A DNA stretch of 64,000 bases from the human T2T-CHM13v2.0 reference genome, Homo sapiens: NCBI RefSeq assembly GCF_009914755.1, contig NC_060939.1; one strand, given 5' to 3'. Below are positions 14,581 through 27,416 of this stretch, piece after piece. How positions within the stretch are numbered: the stretch's first letter is position 1; each line of letters opens with the position of its first letter. The notes under the pieces were generated by a model that was given only the letters and a program-made list of their open reading frames with translations, searched no databases and was not told the origin of the DNA. Position numbers and translations under genes: made by a program.

Positions 14581-16280
14581 GAAAACTGCTGACTTCAGCG
14601 CTGATATTTGCTCTGCTAAATTTAATCCACTAGAAAAAACCTTCCAAGGCACAGGGCCACTTTCCCAGTAAAAGTATTTTCAGCTTTTGGGGCCTTGTCC
14701 TTGTGCAGTATTGTTGCAGAGAGAAGCTACAAGGCAGAAAGGTAAAAATCAAGGTGGTACAGAGTTACATCTCTGAGAGAGCAGCTAACTTTTCCGGTTC
14801 CTGTATTCACAAAATGACTAACAGCAGGTTCTCGAATCTCTGCCACTTGCCCTCTCTAGGAATAGTTGAGTGACAATGAACAGAATTCATTTTTTATTAA
14901 CTTACTACCAAATAGTTTTATTTTCAAAACAGGAACATCCGGCAGAATCTCAGCTTTCATTTTGAATTCAGTGTTCCCGCTTCATCCATTATTCATACAC
15001 ACTGCACTTTCCTGGTTTGTGATTTTACTAAATTTCTTCATTTGAATTATGGCCTTGTGGTCAACAGCGGGCAATATATTATTCTTATATAATTTTTAAA
15101 TACAAAGGCAAATGGCACGGAACAATTAGAATCGATGGCTTGGGAGTCTGGCACTCAGATGTCATAGGCAAATGCTGTTTTCTTGACTTTAACCTATGGG
15201 TTCCACTTCATGTGGGTTGTATTTTTCATACATCAGGAGTTTTTATAAATTTCCTATTCAATCCAGCAGCCCTACTTTGTTCGCAAAATATAAGCAAAAC
15301 AAATATGTCAGGGTAATGATGCCAGGACTCTCCCTTATTGAAAAAAGCAGTTTATTAATACCTTATTGCTACAAGCTAGATCTTATTATCATCTTGGGTC
15401 ATTTAGAATCTTATTAGGTATTCTGCTGGTGGATGAATAATCCTGTGATAAATTCTTTGCCATGTCCTTCACAGTTGTCATAGCAGGATCATAAACAGCA
15501 TTTATAACAATCTAACCTAGAGGAAGCGGCTGACAATGGTCTGCTTAGCATGCAGGAAATATTCAGATCGGCAGTGTCTGGTTAGAAGACACAAGCCCAC
15601 AGGAGAGCTCCCAAAGTTAAATGTAGCATGGGTTTCTCTGAAGATTCCCCTTCAAAAACGGCAGGAGGTCAGGGACGTGGGGACCAAAAACATTTTGGAA
15701 GCCACAGATAGTTTCTTTCCATCAGATCTGCCGGGCGGCAGGGGAAGGCCAAAGCACAAGCCATTTTGTTCCTGACGGGCTATTCAGGTCTTGATTCCCA
15801 AACTCCAGATCAAGGTACAAAGTATTTTACGTCAACTGTTCTTTTATTCTCACAGATGAAATTGTGATTTGCCTGTATTACTACTGTGTGTCTAATTAGT
15901 ACATTTGATGAGAAGATGAATCTGAAGGTGAACGAGATTATGGGTATAATTCCCAGCACAAACTAGGTGTTTTTACTCTATTCCAAAACTGTAGATCTCA
16001 TCACTTATAAAAACCCATGATGTATACATACATACATATATATATATATATATTCCTATTCACATAGCGAGAACCATGACTGGAAATCCGCCATGACTCT
16101 TCCTAGAAAAACCCATTCAAGAGGCAAATGAGCCAGTCCAAATTTCTCCAGCTTCATCTCCTATCATTTCCTGCCACTCACAATTAGTTCACAATTAATC
16201 TCTTATTATTTGCTAAACAAGTCTGGGCCTTTTATAAAAGCTGTTGTCTTTGTACAGAATGCCCTTGCTTTGTTTTTCTT

Positions 16281-16650
16281 TGTCAGACATCCTAAGTTGG
16301 TTTCTCCCAGAAGAACCTGAAACAAGGATTTGAGGGAAAGTAACTTATTTTGGAGGTGATCTCAGAAGCAGAGACAGGGAAGATAAGGAAACCAGTAATG
16401 TGAGCATTACTAAGCAGGTTGTCACTGTGGGCGACTGAGGCACAATCCCCCCGGGGGACCTCCCAGTGGGAGGATGGGGTATTTATTGATTTGCTCCCAT
16501 CAGTCATGGATTGTGGGCTGCTCTGATGGGATAACTTAACTCCCTAGCCCTGCCAGCCTGCCAGTGAGAGAGAGCCCTCAGACAAGCAGCTGAGTCTGAG
16601 AACACCATTATGGTGGATGCCACAGCGGGGAGGGTAGGGCACCGACAACA
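16281..16650 (-). mobile_element. ERVL LTR33-like solo LTR
   Basis: CCTGAAACAAGGATTTGAG..AAGTAACTTATTTTGGAGGTGATCTCAG...GAGACAGGGAAG...GCAGGTTGTCACTGTGGGCGACTG. Confidence 0.65.
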
Positions 16651-16664
16651 TTCACTCCCCGGCC

Positions 16665-16912
16665 TAAGTCCTCCTTCCCCTTCAAGTCTTAACCTCAGTG
16701 TGACTTTCTCTGGGTAAGCTTCCTTGACTCCGCCACTCTGACTTAGGCAGCCCTTGACTGGATTCCCATAGCAACACTCTGAGTCACGGCACTTGCCTGA
16801 TCACATTGTAGCTTCCCCTCTAAATAATAAGTTCCTCTCGGGAGGGAGTCGTACCTAACTCACGTTCATATCACCAGTGTAGTCCCTGGCACGTTAAAGA
16901 AACTCAGTAGAT
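16665..16912 (+). mobile_element. L2 3' fragment
   Basis: CCTTCAAGTCTTAACCTCAG...AAGCTTCCTTGAC...TAAGTTCCT...CCTGGCACG...CTCAGTA. Confidence 0.55.
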
Positions 16913-17214
16913 TGATACATTCCACAAATATTTATTGAGGACTTACCATATGCCAGAAACTATTCTAGAAGCCAGGGGCTAGAGCAGTGAGCAATATATT
17001 CTACTCAGGGACCTTATAATGGACAGAGGTAGGAAAAACCCATATAACCAAATTGACATAATATGTTCAGGTGTTAGTAAATGCTAGAGAGAAAATAAGA
17101 GAGGATAAGGGGTAGAAAATGACTAGGGTGAGGAGAGGTTGCTATTTTAGCCACGCTGCTGAGGATAGGCTTTTCTGAGAAGGAAATATCTGAACAGAGA
17201 TTAAAAAATTAATG

Positions 17215-17558
17215 GGCAGGGGCTAGGGAAAGGGAGGGATGATAAGGCAGAGCACAGAGGATCTTGAGTGCAGTCAAACTGTTCTGTATGATACCATTAT
17301 GGTGGATACATGTCATTATGCACTGGTCAAACCCATAGAACATACAAAACCAAGAGTGAATTGTCATGTCAACTATGGAATTTGGGTGATGATGATGTGT
17401 CAATGCAGGTTAATCGATTTTAACAAATGTACCACTCTGTGCAGGATGTTGATAGTGGGGAGGCTCTGCGTGTCTGGGGGCAGAAGATGGATGGGAACTC
17501 TCTATACTTTCCCTCAATTTTGCTGTGAACCTAAAACTTCTCTAAAAAATGAAGTCTA
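17215..17558 (+). mobile_element. L1MC1-like 3' end
   Basis: GGTGGATACATGTCATTAT...GTCAAACCCATAGAA...CAATTTTGCTGTGAACCTAAAACT. Confidence 0.85.
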
Positions 17559-17684
17559 AGCCACGTACAGTGACTCATGCCTGTAATCTCAGCACTTTGG
17601 GAAGCTGAAAGGAGCACATTATTTGAGACCAGGAGTTCAAGACCATCCTGGGCAACATAGCAAGACCCCATCTCTAAAAAAATT
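17559..17684 (+). mobile_element. FLAM_C / free left Alu monomer
   Basis: Single left monomer with A tail; TSD AAT(G/A)AAGTCTA at 17548-17558 and 17685-17695. Confidence 0.82.
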
Positions 17685-18494
17685 AATAAAGTCTATTTAA
17701 AAAATTAGTAATAATGAGAAAGACCTAGTCTTGTAAAGATATGGAAGAAAGACAGTTCCTGGCAGAGGAAATAGCAAGTGCAAAGACCTGCAGGTGGGAA
17801 CAATCATGGCGTATTCAACAGTCAGAAAAGCTAGACTGTAGTGAAGGAGGAGGAAAAGGTCAGAAGAGCTCTGAAAGGCTGGCGAAATCCAGATCACATA
17901 GGGACTTTTGGGTGTTATAAACCATCTCAATCTAATATCCTAAAATCAACTAGAAGAAAACTCGAGACTACATTAAAAACCATTTCCCTCAATTATCTGG
18001 ATATTTAAGCTCACTTTCACTTCTAAATTTACTTATTATGACAGCTGCCTCATTTTGTGTGGTACACCAGAGGGCTGCAATGTTGACTAGAGTGCTTTCC
18101 CAGCTATTCACTCACACATTTGAAATAACACCAAAGGTGCCATCCCTGAAATAGCCACAGCCATAAAAAATTAAGTCCCTTATGATGGTTGGCTTCCTGC
18201 ATCAGCTCTGTTACAATTAACTTTTGGAAGTCCTTTACTATCGTATCTTCAGTTTCCTCTTCAGCAGAGTACAAGGATAGGGACTAAATGGCCTTCACAG
18301 TATTTGGCAGCCCTACAAGTCTATGAATCAAATTGTTCAAGGTGAAAATAGAAGATATGTGGCTGATTATTTTAAGTTTTTAATAGGAGCAATTTTTAAA
18401 CATTCACAGACATGGAAAGAATACATAATGAAACTGCATGTAGCCATTTTCGATCATCAAAATTTATGAGCATTGTGCCATGGCTGGCTTATTT

Positions 18495-18600
18495 CACACA
18501 TATCAGAATTTATGCAACTAAATATCCATGCTCCCCTTCAAGGTGGGCACCCTGAGAATCCATCCATGGATAGAATGATGCAACACATTCTTGTGCATAT
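18495..18600. mobile_element. Possible MARNA (mariner-type) fragment
   Basis: CCCCTTCAAGGTGGGCACCCTGAGAATC...ATGATGC resembles recalled MARNA CCTTCAAAGTAGTCACCTTGGGAGGC...ACGATGC; weak. Confidence 0.3.
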
Positions 18601-18804
18601 TCCAGCAGGAATGGGCTGACTTGGGAAAAACCTTATAATCAAGGCCAGAGAATAAGATAAAGTAGATGACCATTCATGTGGCCAATATTAAACATATAAA
18701 AAAAATAGGTTTTGAGCAAGGGTTTATTCACTACTGGAATACATGTTTTCATGTATTTATTCAGTAAATACAGCATACGAAGCCCAGGGATAGACACTAT
18801 AAGG

Positions 18805-19334
18805 CAGGGGTCCCTAATCCCCTAGGCTACAGGCTGGTACTGGTCCGTGACCTGTTAGGAACTGGACCACATAACAGGTGGTGAGTGGCGGGTGAGCAAG
18901 CAAAGCTTCATCTGTATTTATAGCTGCTACCCATCCCTGACATTACCGCCTGGGCTCCACCTCCTGTCAGAACAGTGAAGGCATTAGATTCATATAGGAA
19001 AATGGACCCTACTGTGATCTGCACATGCAAGGGATCTAGGTTGTGCAATCCTTATGAGAATCTAATGCCTGATGATCTGTCACTGTCTCTCCCATCGCCC
19101 CCACATGGGACCATCTGGTTACAGGAAAATAAGCTCAGGGCTCCCACTGATTCTACATTATGGTGAGTTGTATCATTATTTCATTATATATTAAAATGTA
19201 ATAATAATAGAAATAAAGTGCAAAATAAATGTGCTTGAATCATCCTGAAACCATCCCCCCAACAGCCCCTCATCTATGGAAAAATTGTCTTCCATGAAAT
19301 TGGTCCCTGGAGCTAAAAAGTTTGGGGACTGCTG
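18805..19334 (+). mobile_element. MER1A (hAT-Charlie non-autonomous element), full length, inserted in an antisense L2
   Basis: Termini CAGGGGTCCCTAA...TTGGGGACTGCTG; perfect 8-bp TSD CTATAAGG at 18797-18804 and 19335-19342. Confidence 0.95.
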
Positions 19335-20448
19335 CTATAAGGGATACAAAAATTGAAGGACACACAGTTCTTTCCTCAAGGAACTCATAGCCCCGTAGAT
19401 TCAGAATTTGCAGGTCTATGCTGGCTCTGATGCCCACATCCCAGGATGCTTGATCCCACAGCAGTCTCATCATCACACCTGGGTATTCTGACTTGCCGTT
19501 GCCTCCCTTTCCAAGGCAGCCTTTGTTCTAGTTCACAGTCACTTCTGTCTCCATCTTGGTGAGCAACATGTTTAACATGTTTTCCTTCTGTAGCACTGGG
19601 GACAGGGTGATCTGCTTTTCCTCAGACTCTACACACAGAAAAGGTTGAGCCTCCCGCGAACTTGACCCTCCCTTGATGGACATCACCTGCCATGGCCCTT
19701 TGGGACGACGGGAGGTTCTGCTCTGAGTGATTTCTCCTGCAGTGTCTGGTGCCCCCTGGACCAATCGTTCCCACAATTCCCAGGGAGTGAATGTGCAACT
19801 CTTTAACTGATTGACTTACCACCAGCCAATTAGAGCTTAAACTGTCTAATTAAGCCAGAGATGGAGCCATCAACTCACTGAATTCTGAGGCCTATTAACT
19901 TCACCTAAACAATAGAATGAGGTCAGGTGTGTATTATCATTGGGAATAACTAGTAAAACCAGCGTAAAGCACTTTGCAAATATAAAACACTCTGGGAATG
20001 TTGGTAAGAATAAACAAAAGATAGGTCTAGACTAAAAAAAAAGTCAAAACCTGTGCCAAATTCATATACAACCTCTTTTTAAATAGCCTCTCCTCAAATG
20101 CATAAACTTCTGAATTCACTATTTGTCTAAACAGCAGAGTAAAATATGCATCATTACATAGGACTCTACCATAAATGGTCTCCATTCTTATTTATTTTTC
20201 ATAATTACCTTTGACCAGTGTTGTTTACTACGTTATGACTATCAAGACAGCTCTATTACACTGGTTTAGCCACAATTCACAATTCATATGTGCTTCTTTC
20301 TCAAATCTTATATCAATATCATAATTACTCCCCATTTTTCTCTTTTAAGACAATAAAACTGCTCACTTCAGAAACAGGGAAATCATCATTCTCTTGGAGG
20401 GTGAATAAGAAGTACTTACTGACTTGCTTTAAAATCAGACAGCTCATT

Positions 20449-20779
20449 GTTCGTGTCCTTTGTAGGGACATGGATGAAGCTGGAAACTATTCTGAGCAAA
20501 CTATCTCCAAGACAGAAAACCAAACATCCCATGTTCTCACTCATAGGTGGGAATTGAACAATGAGAACACTTGAACACAGGGTGGGGAACATCACACACT
20601 GGGGCCTGTCGTGGGGTGGGGGGAGGGGGGAGGGGGGAGGGAGAGCATTAGGAGATATACCTAATGTAAATGACGAGTTAACGGGTGCAGCACACCAACA
20701 TGGCACATGTATGCATATGTAACAAACCTGCATGTTGTGCACATGTACCCTAGAACTTAAAGTATAATAAAAAAAAAAA
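20449..20779 (+). mobile_element. 5'-truncated L1PA5-like 3' end
   Basis: TAGGAGATATACCTAATGTAAATGACGAG...CCCTAGAACTTAAAGTATAATAAAA; exact TSD CAGACAGCTCATT at 20436-20448 and 20780-20792; TTT/AAAA endonuclease site. Confidence 0.95.
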
Positions 20780-22343
20780 CAGACAGCTCATTTATGAAAA
20801 GATTAAAATTGTCCGCTCAAAACACCTTTTTTCACCGTAAAACTAGCAACTGCAAAGAAAGGCAATATACACAGAGAGATTTTTGAACCTGATTTATTTA
20901 GCCAAGAACAAATGTTTTTGTAAACATCACCACACAGAGAGAACCCATTCTAGTCTGTTCCTAAAGCTACAGCTGCGTTGGACCCTGAGATCATATTTAG
21001 CAAAGAGACATTTTTAAGAAAGTCAGCATGAGAGAGAGAAAAAAATCTTCTCAGGTATGTGTATGTTATTAATCATAATTAAGGCAGGTTTGACAGCTTC
21101 CTGGCAATAGAGATGATAAGTTCCTTTTCTCTGACATCAAAATCCTAAAGGAATACTAGCTATTTCATTATCAACTTCACTGGTCTTTACACCTATGATA
21201 TCCACTTCGAGAATATGAGGTCTTAGAGAAACCTGAGCTCTGACAATTATTGTTTGCCCACCACTGACACCGGGTAGGGTATAACACAAGCTGGGCTCTT
21301 ACTGAGATCTTACTTTAGTACAGAGATCCACGCTGGGGTTAAAATATGAGTTTCAGGAAAACACATGGCCTGCTCCATAATGCATTTCCACTGAAGGGTC
21401 ATCCTTCAGAGTTGTTGGTTTTTGTCTGTGCAGATGGCTCTGCACTTTTGATTTCCCATTAAATTGGAAAGGGAGCACTTGGTCCCCACTGCAATGGCAT
21501 CGTGACAAGATATTGAGAAATGGGAGATGGATCTATTTCAAGAGTTAGATTCATTTTCATAAAACCAAACAAGAGAATTGCCTCCATTTAATCACACCCA
21601 ATTTCATTAACGTGCTTTCTAAAATACCTCCACTTTGGAAAGATTCTTATGATGGCTACATCTTAAAGGAAGCATCACCAGGATATCAGTTTGGTGCCTT
21701 TGCAGGTGATCTCAAGGAATTTATTCTAACCATCTACTGACCATAAACTCCAGCCGAGTTTCTCGGGCCCAGCAGGGAAATGTGGCCTGTAGTGTGGAAA
21801 TCCTCAGCTCGCCTTCTACTTCTTTCACAGAAAACATGAGCTTAACAGACCCTTACCTATGTTGGCACCTACATAATGGTGTAGGTTGAAATTTGGATGA
21901 TCCTCAAGCATCCCATGTTCCTCTTTGTGCCTGTCTTTACGTCTTTCGGCACTGAAACGTTTGTGCTTCCCAGGACTTACTCCAGGGAAGGAAGTGTTCA
22001 CTAGGAGCTCTACTCTTCGGTAATCTATAGATAGTTCCTCATGAAGGGAAGTAGCAGAAAAGGTTTCACTAATTTGTTAGAAAACTATTTTATTGAAAAG
22101 AACAAAGAAGAGTCCTTCCCACACATTGATTAGGAAAAAGAGAAGCATGTTGGGGGGAGTTTTTCCAATGGCTTTTGACTCAAGATTATGTTTAAAACCA
22201 AAAACCAGAACAAAACAAAACTTAGCAAGAATAGTGAGAACCAAAAGCAAGGAAAACATGAACTAGTATTACCATGAAAAAAATACTGCGAAGATATTCT
22301 TCATCCACATCATAACCAAAACCTAGATTTAAAATCAGGGAAA

Positions 22344-22706
22344 CAGCCTGGACAAGATAGCAAGACCCCACCTCAACAAAAAATAATTGCTTAAAAATTA
22401 GCTAGGTGATATACCTAATGCTAAATGACAAGTTAATGGGTGCAGCACACCAACATGGCACATGTATACATATGTAACAAACCTGCACGTTGTGCACATG
22501 TACCCTAAAACTTAAAGTATAATAATAAAAAAAAATTAGCTAGGTGTGGTGGTATGCACCTGTAGTCCCAGCTACTTAAAAGCCTGAGGCAGGAGGACTG
22601 CTTGAGCCTGAGAGTTCAAGATTACAGTGAACCATGATTGTACCTCTGTACTCCAGCCTGATGACAGAGCAAAATCCTGTCTCTAAAAAAATAAATTTTT
22701 AAAAAG
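22344..22706 (+). mobile_element. 5'-truncated AluJ, split by a young L1
   Basis: Starts mid left arm (CAGCCTGGACAAGATAGCAAGACC); TSD TAAA(A/G)TCAGGGAAA at 22330-22343 and 22707-22720. Confidence 0.88.
22409..22530 (+). mobile_element. 122-bp L1PA3/4-like extreme 3' end
   Basis: ATACCTAATGCTAAATGAC...CCCTAAAACTTAAAGTATAATAAT; perfect 16-bp TSD AAAAATTAGCTAGGTG at 22393-22408 and 22531-22546. Confidence 0.95.
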
Positions 22707-25384
22707 TAAAGTCAGGGAAAAAGTAGGATGAAAAGCCAAACGATTGTTGTCTCAGAAGGAAGAACCCAGCACCGTCAAATCTCAACCATGATAGAAACAG
22801 TTGTCTCCACCAGCAAAACCATCTAGAGGAGCCAACACATGCTGGGAGGGGTGGAGGTAGGCTAAAGACAAATAATTTCTATTATGTCATGAATAGAAAG
22901 AAAATACATTTCTAAATCTTAATTACTCAATTTTCAGCTTATTTTGCCCATATCAATCTAGAAGTGCAATCTGTGATGTTCTGGAGTTAGAAGAGACCTC
23001 AAGGGAAAACAAACAAGTTAACGTCCCTCGTCATGACAGGACTGCCCCCCCCCACCCCCAAATCAGTTACTTATTAATGAAGGGTGTCTGCCTCTGCTAA
23101 CTTAACCTCATGGCTATGATATTAAGTTAACATCATAACATACCTTTAAATATGGTCTTTAAGATGTTAAAATCACCACGTCTGCTGACTAGGCGTTTTA
23201 TTGTCTATTCTTGGCTATATCTCATCTTAGTGAGATCCCATGGGATTTAGCAATTAGTATGGATACAGCAGTTTGATAATCAAAAGTAATTAATGGCATC
23301 GAAACACAGTCTTGCCTGTTTCTGAGGACTTGTTACACGTGTTTGGGTCTTTCTTTTTAAATAAGCCACTTGATTCCTGTTAGAATAAATGCCAACAGAT
23401 AGCAAACACTGTAGTTTAATATACTGACATGTTTGAAGCGACATTGAAAGGCTGACTCAATGTGCCAGTTGGCGATAAGTTCTTAAGTCACTTATAATTC
23501 ATGATTCTAAACACAAAAGAAACACCAGTGTTGCTCTTCGCAATGATGTATACCATATATAGTACAGGCATTTACAATCTTCCTTTTAAAAAAAAAGTAA
23601 AATTATAAAATAGAGACTGTCAACTGTCAAATGGAAATTTAAGAAAAATTATGGTTATTTCTTTCAGCACTGATTTAAATATTGCTGAGGAAAGTAAAAG
23701 GAGAGAGATACTTTATTGTAAGTGTTCAGTTTGCCATGAATCAAATGAAAAAAATTCCAAAATTTCTCACAGTAAAAGAGAAGCGTATGTGGGTTCAGTT
23801 GAAACAGACAAATGAAATTCTCATCCGAGAACTTGGTATTCCTTTTAACAAGCCACCACCCATCTTGTCACTGATGAAGTTGAATCTGTTTTTATATCAA
23901 TAGGGTACAAGGAGTGAAGGTTTGGAAAGGGGAGCAGGTTTCCAAAGAGTCAAGCCTCCCTCTTCCCAGGAGAACTGAATTTTCCATTGATTTTCTTTTA
24001 AAATGTCCTCAGTTTCAGACAGACTGAAGCCCAACACACATGAGCCCTTTCAGTAGTCCACATCTGTAACTCATTTCCATTTCTTAAAAAATTGATGATG
24101 TTTGATTTAATGCCAAAATCTCCCCAAGCACAAGGGACGCTAGCTTCAGGCAGCTTGGTATCATTATTTATAAAGCTAACACTTGAACCTTTACTGGGAA
24201 CCCAAAGTGAGAAGACCGAGGTGGCTGGCAGCTGCAGAAATAAGAAGCTCTGTGGAGGCTCTTCTGGAAGACTCCATGCTTGGCATTTCTCTTTTTAGTA
24301 TCACTGAAGGTTGAGACAAACATCAAGTGTGGGCAATTTGAACAAACCTTTAATATCATCTGCTAATCTTCAAGAGCAAATGGAGTAAATGTAAAGTGTC
24401 CTGTCAAGGATTAAAGTCTCTTTGGTGTAGGATTATGCAAATATGCTAACTTGAAACCATACTTATTTTTTAAGGGCATTTTATTTTAATCATATGTGCG
24501 ACCTGTTCTGTGCTCAAACAATATTTGAGAATAATTTCCGAAACTTTAAACAACTAAGAGAGAGTAACATTGAAAGGCAAAGGGACTCAGATGCCCTTTC
24601 TCCAATCTAGGGAAGGGGAAACATAGCAGATAACTTGCTCATCTCTTACAGGCAACTAGATAAATGTGCACCTTCTAGCTCACCCACATTACTTTCTACC
24701 AGTAACAATATACTACATTTTGTTTAGGCTGAAGACAATATACATAAGAAATATGGCATTTGTAGGCAAACTCATAACCTCATAACTATACCTCCCTTAT
24801 AGCTGCAATCATATAAAATGAGCATTTATTAAGTTTCTGAGAAATCTCAAAGGTTATTTTTATTATGAAATATCTAGATAGAAAAATCATTTAACAATCA
24901 CACATGTAACTAACCATTTATTTTTGTCATAGCTTAACATTTTGCTTCAGATAGCTTAACATTTGTTTCAGATCTTTTTCTTAAGGAAGTGAGTCATTAC
25001 AGATACAGTTGAGGCCCCTCAAGCATCCCAACCTAATTCAATGCCCATTTCCCCTGCCAAAAAGAAAAATTGAAAATCAGCTCTGGTCAAGACAGCTGTG
25101 TTGTATAGATCACACTGGCCCCTGGAGTTGTGCCCCCAGCACCTCAATGCTGGGATTGCATCTTTTTTAGTTTTCCTCATTTTTTTTTCCATCACAGGTT
25201 CATTTCCATTCAAGCAAGGAGATGGGAAACAAATTCTAGAAATGCCTAAACTTTCCTAAAGTGAAGTCATATTCTTAACAGAGGCCAGTCTTTGATAAAA
25301 CCAGAAGTTAGCTTTTGAAAGGAGGGACTCTAGGTAAAACTGTCCACAAAAAAGGTCTCTTCCTTTTCTGCTTTCTTCACTCTA

Positions 25385-25762
<378 letters not shown>

Positions 25763-26119
25763 TAATAAGTATTATTTTTGCAATATTTGCCTCAAATTGT
25801 TGTGTTTAAGAAAATCAGATGTTACTAATAGAGCTAGTAGAGATAAGGTCACAACAGATTCTTTCTAAAGTGGTTGCACCATATGCTCTATTAGCAGCTT
25901 GGAAGAGGACCTAGTACTTCATATTGTAATGCATAATAATGGTTGATCCCCTCCCTTGCATAACACATTAGGGAATCTTTAATATTTCAAACCAAAGGAA
26001 GTAAGTTTTAAGCATCAGCAATAGGAAGATGTGGAAAGTTTAGGCAAGGGGTCTTTCAGTATTTCACATCGTGTTGTTACTTTTAGCACACTCCCATCAC
26101 CTCTCTTGTTCTCCTACTC

Positions 26120-26697
26120 TGCACCCCATACTTTAACCAGAGTGCTCTTGAAAACCGAATCTGATCATGCCACTCCCAACTTACAACTCTTGGGTGCCTT
26201 CCCATGGTGTTAAGGAGAAACTCTAAGCCCCTTTCCCACCACAGGCTACCTGAAGAGGCCCTGTTCCCTCTCCTCTTCCTGTCTGCATTTGCCACTCTGA
26301 CCTCCTTTCCATTTCTTAAAGGTGCCAAGCTCTTTCCCACCTCAGAGTCTTTGTATGTTTTCTTTGCCTGAAACACTCTTTTCCCTTCTCTGTGGTTGGC
26401 CAATTCTAAGCCATTTTTCACATCTCAGCTGACAAGTGCCTTTAATAACAAAAAATTTCCCTGGCTTCTCGTATATCTAAATCAGGACTCCCTTATGTAA
26501 TCTTATTATATCTGTTGTTTTTTAAATTATAATTTACAAATGCATATTTATTTGTATGAGTATTTGTTTAATGCCCGTTTCTCTTGTTAGACTATAAACT
26601 TCATAAGGCTAAGCATCATGATCCTTTTTCACTTCTAAATTTACCAGCATAGTGCCTCTTATAGAATCAATCATTATTGCTTGACTAAATGATTGAA
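26120..26697 (+). mobile_element. L2 3' region
   Basis: AATCTGATCATGCCACTCCC...CCCACCTCAG...TAGACTATAAACTTCATAAGG...terminal TTGACTAAATGATTGAA. Confidence 0.78.
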
Positions 26698-27348
26698 AAT
26701 ACCCTGCTCCAGACCTCAATATTTAAAGCTTCCTTTCCCAAACTTGCACAATTGCCCCAAGCCTTCCCTCTTCTTCTCTAACTTAATCTCCACTCCAATC
26801 TCTGCCCCCCTCCTTTTCCCTTTCCACACACGTTTGCATGTCTCCACCCACTTGGAAAAAGGAACTAAGGGCTGGTAACAAAAAGTATGCCTTATGATGA
26901 TTACATGCATTCTAGTCTATTTCTATTACATACTGCAACATAAAATGTCATTATATGGTATACATGCAATGAAAGGTTTATTTCAAATTTTAGAAGTATG
27001 TCTTTAAAGACATCATGAGAACACCTCCATGGATTCAAGATGATTTTGGTAAGCACGAATGGTTAAATTAATAAGCCAAATAGCTACTTTGCAAGCATGG
27101 ACTCAACCAAGAATTCTAAACTATAAGCTGGAAGACAATGTCACCCCATGAAGCAGCTATCAGGTTTTTAAAAGTGGTTTTGAACAGAATTGCAAGTATT
27201 ATTAACTGTAACAGAATAGTTGTGTTCCCCCAGGTAGTTCTGAAAAATACTGCACATCATCTTGTCACTTAATATTCAGAGACAAATTCGGAGGTTCAAA
27301 TTTGTATTTTTATCGTGTACATAAACATTTTTCCAGTCACACTAACAA

Positions 27349-27416
27349 GGAGGGGGAGGAGGAAGACGAGGAGGAGGGGGAGGAGGAAGACGAGGAGGAA
27401 GGGGAGGAGGAGAAGG
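27349..27416 (+). repeat. Purine-rich 24-bp tandem repeat (about 2.7 copies)
   Basis: GGAGGGGGAGGAGGAAGACGAGGA exact at 27349-27372 and 27373-27396, then a partial third copy. Confidence 0.9.

Larger units (their letters stand above)
16913..17920 (-). mobile_element. L2 interrupted by L1MC1 and FLAM
   Basis: CATTCCACAAATATTTATTGAG terminus; resumes at TTCCTGGCAGAGGAAATAGCAAGTGCAAAGACCTG. Confidence 0.75.

Noticed and set aside
15841-15933. Plus-strand exon candidate (TTCTCACAG|...AAG|GTGAAC)
   Set aside because: Weak donor and no supporting neighbouring exons or recognisable peptide
21866-21885. Hairpin ACCTACA-TAATGG-TGTAGGT as a miRNA or structured RNA
   Set aside because: Only a 7-bp stem; too short and expected by chance
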